DNA of 64,000 nucleotides from a virus: IMG/VR virus record IMGVR_UViG_3300042922_000850, positions 1 to 64,000 of that record; one strand, 5' to 3'. Shown piece by piece: positions 56,947 to 64,000 of this stretch (position 1 is its first letter; each line of letters starts with the position of its first letter). The notes under the pieces were generated by a model. It saw only the letters and a program-made list of their open reading frames with translations, ran no database searches and was not told where the DNA came from. The position numbers and the translations under genes were made by a program.

Positions 56947-57498
56947 ATGGGAAACATAGTTAATATTTATGCTGATGGAGCAAGAAGAGGAAAAGAGCCA
57001 AACTTTATCGGAGGATGGGGAACTATATTGGAAGCCCAAGGCCAAAGAAAAGAAATTTGGGGCGGACTAGTCGGAGCTTCTAATAACCAGATGGAGATGA
57101 CTGCAGTTCTCGAAGGTCTAAAAGCCATCAAAACAAACGAAGCTAGTATTAAGGTATTTTCTGACAGCGCCTACATAGTAAACTGCTTCAGAGACAAATG
57201 GTATGAAACTTGGTTAAAGAACGGATGGATGACCTCACAAAAGAAACCAGTAGAGAACAAACAAATGTGGCTTGAAATACTTAAACTGGTGTCCAAATTT
57301 ACATCGGTTACTTTCTTTCATATCGATGGACATATCAGTTTAAAGAAGCCGGATGAAGTGGCAGAGTTCCATAAGAAATTTAATCAAAAGAATAACGTAA
57401 AATTCTCACTAGAAGAATTTATTCACGTCGCAGAAAACAATGCGCGAGTAGATGTCTTAGCAGGGCAAGGCGCAGAAGATATTAAAAAATCCCTATAA
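56947..57498 (+). CDS. rnhA: Ribonuclease HI
   Basis: IYADGA, SNNQME, SDSAY, KPVEN...W, N.RVD.LA. Confidence 0.92.
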   Translation: MGNIVNIYADGARRGKEPNFIGGWGTILEAQGQRKEIWGGLVGASNNQMEMTAVLEGLKAIKTNEASIKVFSDSAYIVNCFRDKWYETWLKNGWMTSQKKPVENKQMWLEILKLVSKFTSVTFFHIDGHISLKKPDEVAEFHKKFNQKNNVKFSLEEFIHVAENNARVDVLAGQGAEDIKKSL

Positions 57499-57515
57499 TT
57501 TAAAGAGGTGATGAT

Positions 57516-58190
57516 ATGTCCCGTAATACATTGGTAAAACAAAATCAAAGTGCTATTGCTTCTCGTGACCATCGTGCCGAAGCAATAGCGTTCCTTGAAC
57601 AATTAATAATCGAAAAGAATAATTTCTCCGAGGAAAAACATCGTTATCATGTTGAAACAGCTAAAATGGTGTACGACGAAACATTACAATATACAACGGA
57701 AAAGGCGGGGCGTATACCTACTTTAAATGAAATCTTATCAAAAATGTATGAGTTTAACTACAAGATTTTATGGGAACTATCTACCTACGATCTGTTAAAT
57801 GGACTTGGGGAATATGGGTACAGCGACCAATTAAGTCCTGATGAACGTTATTTTTTATCAGAAAACGATTGCATTGAAGAGATATTTGAACATTGGGAAA
57901 ATTATTTGTCTATGGAATTATGTTTCAACCCACAAGAGTACCTCGGTGAATTATTATGTGAAAGTAATCTTAGCTACTATGATGATATGAATTTGCAATA
58001 CAGGCTATTAACTTTATATGATCATGCAGTGTGCGTTAATGACTGCCAAAATCTATTACTTCCCTCTTGGCATTATCAAAGTGCCGCAAGAGGGAGTGTG
58101 GCCGAAGACGCAGATTATATTATGCGTCTTCGGTTTTTAAGCGAAGAAATCAAAGAAATCAATTATGAGGAGGAAAATGATAATGAGTAA
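57516..58190 (+). CDS. Hypothetical protein
   Basis: GAGGTG RBS. Confidence 0.7.
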   Translation: MSRNTLVKQNQSAIASRDHRAEAIAFLEQLIIEKNNFSEEKHRYHVETAKMVYDETLQYTTEKAGRIPTLNEILSKMYEFNYKILWELSTYDLLNGLGEYGYSDQLSPDERYFLSENDCIEEIFEHWENYLSMELCFNPQEYLGELLCESNLSYYDDMNLQYRLLTLYDHAVCVNDCQNLLLPSWHYQSAARGSVAEDADYIMRLRFLSEEIKEINYEEENDNE

Positions 58191-58908
58191 ATTTAAATGT
58201 CCATGTGGTCTAGAGTTTACAGAGGAGAACAACACAGAAAAGTTCTCCTCCAATGTGTTGATGAGCAGGGTGTACAAGGACGAGAAACAAGCGGCTAAGA
58301 ATTATGTTAATGCCACCTGCTTAGCATGTAAGATTGAGGGCAGAAGAACAATTGAAAGACCACGCTCCTTAATGGATATGACAACATTTAATGATGCAAG
58401 CGCAACAGATCTTATGTGCATCGCAACCAACAAAGAGTGGAAGGAACGAGAGACAGTAAAGGATTATGGAGACCAGTGCATGAATACAAAGCGTACACAA
58501 ACAATTGAAGTAATATTCCAAACGGACGATTACAGAAAAACAGTGTACAGTACATTTACAGGGAATTGCTCCATGTACGATTTAATAGAAAATGTCGTAG
58601 AAGATGTCTGGAATGCTCCAAGTGAAGCAGATAATTCACTATCCTTGCCAGCATTTTATTTCACGAACGAAGATGGTGAATGCGTGAATATTGAATTGGA
58701 ACGAGAATCAGAATTGTTCAATATGATCATCAGTGCTCGCGTCGTTGAGTTTAAGAACGAAATACTTAGCGCAGAGGAAGAAGAAAAGCAGATGGAAAAA
58801 CTCTTCGGCAGAACCGTCAAAGTACAAGATGCTAATTCTGACGAAGTAATATCGTCCGATGCAGATTATGATTTCGACGATATTGACGATGACGATGATG
58901 AAAACTAA
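58165..58908 (+). CDS. Hypothetical protein (Cys motifs, acidic tail)
   Basis: CPCG..CLAC; true start likely a few codons in. Confidence 0.7.
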   Translation: MRRKMIMSKFKCPCGLEFTEENNTEKFSSNVLMSRVYKDEKQAAKNYVNATCLACKIEGRRTIERPRSLMDMTTFNDASATDLMCIATNKEWKERETVKDYGDQCMNTKRTQTIEVIFQTDDYRKTVYSTFTGNCSMYDLIENVVEDVWNAPSEADNSLSLPAFYFTNEDGECVNIELERESELFNMIISARVVEFKNEILSAEEEEKQMEKLFGRTVKVQDANSDEVISSDADYDFDDIDDDDDEN

Positions 58909-58941
58909 TAAAAACACATATGAAAGACGAGAGGAAATAAT

Positions 58942-59529
58942 ATGAAGGTAACAATACTATTAGGAGAAAGCACACAGTATTCTATGGAGCTAGGCAATGA
59001 TAAAGCAACTGAAATGTATGCCGATTTAATAAAATACTTGCTAATGAAATCAATACAAATCATACCGGAACCAGAGCCGGAGTGTGTGCCCATAATACCA
59101 ATCTTTCACGCAGAGAATATGCAACAATCCGCAAAAGAAATTGTCTCTGTTCACGAATCTGCCGATGATGAGTCTATACCAAACCCTTTTGCAGGTATGA
59201 ATACTTTTAGCTATAAAAAGATAGTTGCATATCAATGTCCTGATTGCGGGCAAATCACAGTGAGGTTTATGGTATTGGGCGAAAGTAATATTGCTCATTG
59301 TCACTTCTGTAGAAAAGAAGGTATTGTAATCGAGACTGCAGAGATAGCTTCCTACATCTGTGAAGAATGCGCCGCTTCTGCGTATATTTGGGTTTGCAAT
59401 GGATTAAGGGAGGTTCATTGCAAAGACTGTAAAACTCCGATCAATCTATTCCGCGATAGTATGGATGAAAATAAATTAAAGTCAGCAGGCTTAATAAATA
59501 AGAGCGGACACAGTAAGAAAAGGAGATAG
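58942..59529 (+). CDS. Double zinc-ribbon protein
   Basis: CPDC, CHFC, CEEC, CKDC. Confidence 0.7.
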   Translation: MKVTILLGESTQYSMELGNDKATEMYADLIKYLLMKSIQIIPEPEPECVPIIPIFHAENMQQSAKEIVSVHESADDESIPNPFAGMNTFSYKKIVAYQCPDCGQITVRFMVLGESNIAHCHFCRKEGIVIETAEIASYICEECAASAYIWVCNGLREVHCKDCKTPINLFRDSMDENKLKSAGLINKSGHSKKRR

Positions 59530-59534
59530 CCTAT

Positions 59535-59765
59535 ATGCCAAGACAATTAGGAGAGCTACATCCTTGCAATGGAGGTTGTTGGTTCTGCCACAATGGATTT
59601 AGTGATCTAAAAGACAAAGCATTTTCTTATGAGTTTGATACTAATTTACATATCTCTTGCTTGTTAGATGAGTTAAGAGAAAACCCGAATAATGAAGAAG
59701 CAAAATTGATAGCAAAAGAATATGGCATCAAGTATAATAATAATGAGTTGAGCGGGGAGATATAA
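59535..59765 (+). CDS. Small Cys/His protein
   Basis: GCWFC...EFDT.LH..C. Confidence 0.65.
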   Translation: MPRQLGELHPCNGGCWFCHNGFSDLKDKAFSYEFDTNLHISCLLDELRENPNNEEAKLIAKEYGIKYNNNELSGEI

Positions 59766-59768
59766 CAT

Positions 59769-60497
59769 ATGAGAAAAATAGTAATATTATTTTTGGTAAG
59801 TTTAGTTTTGACGGCTCCAGTTAAGGTAAAAGCTTTTGAGGAACCGGTTGCCGGCATAACTAAATCGCTAGAGAATTATCACTATGAGAAAAAAGAAAAC
59901 GTATTTTATGAACAGTCCATTGCCGGAATATCCCCGGCAATGGAAAACTATTATAACAATTACGAGGAACCGGCTGCTTATGAAGAATCTATTGCCGGAA
60001 TATCAGTATCTCTTGACGCCTATGAAAAAGATAGGCGTCACAGAAAATACGATATTCCTCTTTCTTCAGAATTACAGAGATACGTATACGATGTATGTAA
60101 AGAATATGATAATGTAAGACCTAAATTGGTATTTTCTGTACTGGATAAGGAAAGTGATTTTGATTTTGATGCGGTCGGATATAACGATAACGGAACAAAA
60201 GATGTGGGCGGTATGCAGATCAACTCATCCAATCATAAGTGGTTAACAAAAAAACTTGGTGTTACAGATTTTTTTGACCCTAAACAGAATATACTAAGTG
60301 GCGTATATATGCTATCGTTGTTTGGCGGGATGAAAGATTTACACCAAACATTAGTGTCTTATAACGCTGGTCCAGATAACTGGAAAGAATATGTATCAGA
60401 AGGGATCTATTCTACAAAATATAGTCGAGACGTTCTGAGAATAATGGATGAGATAGAAAATAAGAAAATAAATGAAAGAGGGATTATGCCATGGTAA
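59769..60497 (+). CDS. Exported lytic transglycosylase (SLT domain)
   Basis: Signal-like N-terminus; KES.F, G.MQIN, YNAG. Confidence 0.85.
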   Translation: MRKIVILFLVSLVLTAPVKVKAFEEPVAGITKSLENYHYEKKENVFYEQSIAGISPAMENYYNNYEEPAAYEESIAGISVSLDAYEKDRRHRKYDIPLSSELQRYVYDVCKEYDNVRPKLVFSVLDKESDFDFDAVGYNDNGTKDVGGMQINSSNHKWLTKKLGVTDFFDPKQNILSGVYMLSLFGGMKDLHQTLVSYNAGPDNWKEYVSEGIYSTKYSRDVLRIMDEIENKKINERGIMPW

Positions 60498-60916
60498 GAG
60501 AGATTGTAAAGGACAAGGAGATTTTAAAACAGCCTTGCGAGAAAGTAGAAAAAGGAGAAGATGTTCTCTACATAATTCAAGATCTGATTGATACCGCAGA
60601 AATCTATAAAGATAAGTGTATCGGTCTTGCGGCTAATCAAATCGGCTATAATAAAAGAATCGTTTTAATTAAGAACGGGGCATCATGGGTTCACTTCATT
60701 AATCCGGTAATTTGCGAGAACCGAAAACACGGAAAATGTATCTCCGAAGAAGGATGTTTATCACTGGATGGTGTAAGAACTGTTCCTCGGTGGAACCGGG
60801 TTACACTAAGATATAGGGATGACAAAGGCGATATTAAGGTGTTAAAAGATTTACGTCGTCCTTACTCCATTGTTCTTCAGCACGAAGTGGACCATCTGAA
60901 TGGAATTCTAATCTAA
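60491..60916 (+). CDS. def: Peptide deformylase
   Basis: IGLAANQIG, EGCLS, QHEVDHLNG. Confidence 0.95.
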   Translation: MVREIVKDKEILKQPCEKVEKGEDVLYIIQDLIDTAEIYKDKCIGLAANQIGYNKRIVLIKNGASWVHFINPVICENRKHGKCISEEGCLSLDGVRTVPRWNRVTLRYRDDKGDIKVLKDLRRPYSIVLQHEVDHLNGILI

Positions 60917-60935
60917 GCAAAGGTGGGTAAATGAT

Positions 60936-61121
60936 ATGGGTATCCAAGAACTTAAACAGTTAGAAGCAGGTAATATTGTTAGAAGCAACCAAACAAATGA
61001 GGAATACCAAATACTTATGAAGTTTCAATATTCCGTTAACTGTTATCTTGGATCCGGAAAGTCAGGGCACAAGAGAATTGGCGAGACGAACATGAATGAA
61101 TTTGACTTAGTAAAAAGATAG
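60936..61121 (+). CDS. Hypothetical protein
   Basis: ORF with RBS. Confidence 0.55.
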   Translation: MGIQELKQLEAGNIVRSNQTNEEYQILMKFQYSVNCYLGSGKSGHKRIGETNMNEFDLVKR

Positions 61122-61145
61122 CTGCGATATCGCAGCTATCTTTTT
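61112..61145. terminator. 34-bp perfect palindrome
   Basis: aaaaagatagctgcgat|atcgcagctatcttttt. Confidence 0.8.
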
Positions 61146-61146
61146 C

Positions 61147-61641
61147 GTGAAGAAAGGAAGGGATAAAATGCGAATTAATCAATATACTGTTTTGCTAGAC
61201 GAAAATAAACTACCATTTTTGGTAAAAGAAAGGGGGTTAAATTACACTGATGAGGTTAAAGGTGTAGGTTCTCTCGTTCGCTTGTGCAACACTATTTTTA
61301 ATGCTAGTAAGCAAGCAGAAGAACATGTGTACCTTGTTTGTTGTACAACGAGCGGAAAAGTATGTGGGTTGTTTGATGTCTCTCATGGCACGGTTAATAA
61401 TTGCCTTATGGGGCCAAGAGAAATCCTCCAAAGAGCCTTGTTATGCGGGGCGGCAAAGATATCTATCGCACACAATCATCCAGGGGGAAGTATAAAACCA
61501 AGCGCAGAAGATATTCGTGCTACAAGACGAATTAAAGAGGCTGCAGAAATGATAGGCCTTCAGTTAGACGACCATATCATTATCGGTGATAATGATACAT
61601 ACTATAGTTTTGCACAAGAAAATTCGTTGAAGGAGAAATGA
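61147..61641 (+). CDS. radC: RadC-family JAB domain protein
   Basis: EE, HNHPGG...PS.ED, DHIIIG. Confidence 0.9.
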   Translation: MKKGRDKMRINQYTVLLDENKLPFLVKERGLNYTDEVKGVGSLVRLCNTIFNASKQAEEHVYLVCCTTSGKVCGLFDVSHGTVNNCLMGPREILQRALLCGAAKISIAHNHPGGSIKPSAEDIRATRRIKEAAEMIGLQLDDHIIIGDNDTYYSFAQENSLKEK

Positions 61642-61642
61642 A

Positions 61643-61816
61643 ATGACGCGCTATTTTGATTTAATAGGAAAACGTGTGGTAGCAGATATTACAATTGACG
61701 ATGGAACGCCCGCTTGTACAGCGACCGCAGATAAATTCGAAAAATTGTTCCACTGCAGTATTAGAGAAGTAGATAAGGTAGAACGTGATAAATTGGTCAA
61801 GGAATACAGTGATTAG
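61643..61816 (+). CDS. 57-aa hypothetical protein (not in ORF track)
   Basis: AAGGAG RBS; MTRYFDLIGK... Confidence 0.55.
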   Translation: MTRYFDLIGKRVVADITIDDGTPACTATADKFEKLFHCSIREVDKVERDKLVKEYSD

Positions 61817-61826
61817 GAGATAAGAT

Positions 61827-61982
61827 ATGAGATATAAAATTATGCTGTTCTTAGATAAATTATTGCAAATTTCTCACCACCGTTGCGTGTGGTGTGGTAG
61901 AATATTAACGGACATCGAAATTACCTATTACGAAAACAGTTGTAACAAGTGTGAAGAAAAAATAATGAAGAAGCTGAGATAA
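61827..61982 (+). CDS. 51-aa zinc-finger peptide (not in ORF track)
   Basis: AGGAG RBS; CVWCG...CNKC. Confidence 0.55.
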   Translation: MRYKIMLFLDKLLQISHHRCVWCGRILTDIEITYYENSCNKCEEKIMKKLR

Positions 61983-61998
61983 GCGGAGGTGCTTAAAA

Positions 61999-62556
61999 AT
62001 GAATTTGTACAATGCTACACATATCGTTCTGAAAAAAGAAGATGTTGACAAATATTTAACTCTGGGAGAAGTGGAAATACTTGCTAGACTCTGTGAAAAG
62101 ATTGTTAGCCGCAGGGGAAAAGAGGACAAGCCACACAATGAATATATTGTGTGCGATACGGATGAAACCTATGCCGAAGAAATCTTGAACACAATTCAAT
62201 GGCACGAAGAAAAGAAAGAAATGCGTACATACGGAGACATTATCCAATCATTAAAAGCTGGCGAGAAACCAGCTTATGAAGAAATTAGGCTGGCAGCTCT
62301 CATGGGCTCCAATTTACTTTTCTTCGCAAATAATGATATTAAGCGTCTCGCAGGTGAGCCGTCAAAAATTTTTACAAAAGAATGGTATCTGAGTGAGAGT
62401 TACACCAGATATCACAAAGCATTAAACACAACACCTTTTAAATGGCTTGGCAATGACCACCCAGATAACCCGCAATATAGAGAAAGATTTAATCTCAGTA
62501 ATAAGATATTAGATAAGGTACTTAATGGCATGGAATCTAAGGATAGTACAAACTAA
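61999..62556 (+). CDS. Hypothetical protein
   Basis: GGAGGTG RBS. Confidence 0.7.
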   Translation: MNLYNATHIVLKKEDVDKYLTLGEVEILARLCEKIVSRRGKEDKPHNEYIVCDTDETYAEEILNTIQWHEEKKEMRTYGDIIQSLKAGEKPAYEEIRLAALMGSNLLFFANNDIKRLAGEPSKIFTKEWYLSESYTRYHKALNTTPFKWLGNDHPDNPQYRERFNLSNKILDKVLNGMESKDSTN

Positions 62557-62588
62557 CATTACCATATATTCTCAGATAAAACGGTATG

Positions 62589-62631
62589 GTATAAGAAATA
62601 AAAGGAAATTGACTTTCCTTTTATTTCTTAT
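62589..62631 (+). promoter_or_regulatory. Conserved phage motif, copy 8, in 5' arm of an 18-bp hairpin
   Basis: gtataagaaataaaaggaaa-ttgac-tttccttttatttcttat. Confidence 0.7.
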
Positions 62632-62645
62632 TAAGGAGGTAATTT

Positions 62646-62939
62646 ATGTGCAATTGTGTCAAGGAAGCAGAAGATAAGTACAAAGAATTTTATTTAAAGC
62701 AACATCCTGAAAGTGCCCCTGAAAGCGTTAATGTATATTGCGACTGCATAGCGTTAATTTTCGGGAAGAACGGGGGTACGAGATTTTCAATACCGTTCTC
62801 AGTTACAGATACCACGAAGTCAGCAAGAAGGCCAAAAGTGAAAAAGATTAATGTTCTTCCCCAATATTGTCCGTTCTGCGGCGAAAAAAGAGAGGAGAGT
62901 GATCTCAATGAAGAAGGACACACAAGCGTTCTGCAATAA
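62646..62939 (+). CDS. Phage zinc-binding protein (MCNC...YCPFCG)
   Basis: AAGGAGGT RBS; Cys motifs. Confidence 0.7.
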   Translation: MCNCVKEAEDKYKEFYLKQHPESAPESVNVYCDCIALIFGKNGGTRFSIPFSVTDTTKSARRPKVKKINVLPQYCPFCGEKREESDLNEEGHTSVLQ

Positions 62940-62998
62940 ATTTAATTGCGAAGATAACATTAAAGGAAAGTGCTCTTCGCAAAAAATAACCGGGAAAG

Positions 62999-63247
62999 AT
63001 GGCCGGTGCCTTTTTTACAACAGGAAGACCGTCGTTAAAGGGGGTAGCTAGTTTGCTTAAAGAAATGGAAGATAAACGTAAAGAGGCTATTCACAAACTA
63101 GCTACTTGTTCACTGTGTATCGTGTGTAGTAAGGGGTTTTCAGAAAAGGATTTGGAGGATGAGAACTTCCACCATATAGTGACTAAGCGTAGTACAGATT
63201 TATTTGCACATAAGCATTGTTTGGTGGATGGGCAATCAAATAAATGA
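62999..63247 (+). CDS. Small Cys/His protein
   Basis: CIVC...HKHC; start uncertain. Confidence 0.5.
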   Translation: MAGAFFTTGRPSLKGVASLLKEMEDKRKEAIHKLATCSLCIVCSKGFSEKDLEDENFHHIVTKRSTDLFAHKHCLVDGQSNK

Positions 63248-63618
63248 ATTACAGGGAGGATATTATTATGAATGCCGTTGAAGTAATCTTCGACTTATTG
63301 GATGAGGAGCAGAAACCTTCTGTTTTCGTATTTGTAGTGACAAAGGAGACGAAAACAGACTATCTGGCAAAAAGAAAGTCAGAGGACAGGCCGAGCAGAA
63401 GGTTTTGTAAAGAGGGTCTTGATAAAATCATACGTCAAAAGCCATTATATTATGTTTATCGGTATCTGACAGAAGAAACCCCGGAGCAAATTAATACATC
63501 TGAAAAAATGAAAGATGTCGGCAAATTAATGATGAGCGAGATTGGCTACGACATTCAATCTTACAACCATCAATTAACAAAGCTATCGAATCACTTTGTT
63601 AATTTCATCACGCATTAA
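63244..63618 (+). CDS. Hypothetical protein
   Basis: ORF in operon; start uncertain. Confidence 0.6.
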   Translation: MNYREDIIMNAVEVIFDLLDEEQKPSVFVFVVTKETKTDYLAKRKSEDRPSRRFCKEGLDKIIRQKPLYYVYRYLTEETPEQINTSEKMKDVGKLMMSEIGYDIQSYNHQLTKLSNHFVNFITH

Positions 63619-63629
63619 CGGGAGGGCTT

Positions 63630-63863
63630 ATGTGGAAAATAAGATTTATCTATGGTGACGGCGGTAAAATAACACTAACCAACAAGAGATCTGCCTTATC
63701 AGAAGAATTGTATGATAAGTATATGCTACTCTATGGCAGATTATCTGATAAGGCTTTATATCAGCAATATCCAAAAAAGAATTATAATGAAGTGGATTTA
63801 AAACAAAATCCGGACTTATCTTTTTTGGATAAAATGAAGCGCATAGAGAAAACTGGAAAATAG
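63630..63863 (+). CDS. Hypothetical protein
   Basis: GGGAGGG RBS. Confidence 0.65.
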   Translation: MWKIRFIYGDGGKITLTNKRSALSEELYDKYMLLYGRLSDKALYQQYPKKNYNEVDLKQNPDLSFLDKMKRIEKTGK

Positions 63864-63884
63864 GAAAAGGAGTGTGGATTAACG

Positions 63885-64000
63885 ATGGTAGGATATTTTA
63901 CTGTAAGAAGCGGTCCTCTTTACGATAGATACTTGGCGCGTAAAGAGATGGCCGACAAAATAGACGAGGCTTTTAATGAGGTCCGTAGAGAGTTCGGGAT
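63885..64000 (+). CDS. Partial hypothetical protein (runs off window)
   Basis: AAGGAG RBS then MVGYFTVRSG... Confidence 0.5.
   Translation, partial: MVGYFTVRSGPLYDRYLARKEMADKIDEAFNEVRREFG

Noticed and set aside
1-64000. Prophage boundaries, integrase, alternative genetic code
   Set aside because: No integrase, att site or host genes seen; long ORFs are intact under the standard code and use all three stop codons

Overview
A 64-kb segment of a large contractile-tailed phage (myovirus/jumbo-type), AT-rich, with a probable spore-forming Firmicute (Clostridia-like) host. The minus strand carries morphogenesis genes: tape-measure start, tail chaperone pair with a -1 frameshift, tube, sheath, neck, major capsid protein, scaffolds, prohead protease, portal and a gpA-type large terminase. 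It also carries a 2301-aa single-chain beta-beta' RNA polymerase and about a dozen proteins built from modules separated by K-x-A motifs and two recurring ~15-aa tags. The plus strand carries DNA and nucleotide metabolism genes (HU, SSB-like, dTMP kinase, MazG, RuvC, DinG, RNase H, RadC), sporulation-type regulators (sigma factor, AbrB, SpoIIID) and small cassettes headed by a conserved motif, GTATAAGWRAKAAAA (8 copies). The best candidate new system is an inference: a capsid-cargo addressing and processing scheme in which tagged polyproteins (HAD phosphatase, ADP-ribosyltransferase-like, ParB-like, SNF2 and membrane modules) are packaged and cut at K-x-A by the prohead protease. Also notable are a protein that appears to carry short mimics of the phage's own portal, terminase and RNAP motifs, a TGGACAT-repeat origin-like region, and unusually long loop-less palindromes. 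No tRNA, rRNA, CRISPR array or integrase was seen. All calls come from reading motifs by eye, without database searches.
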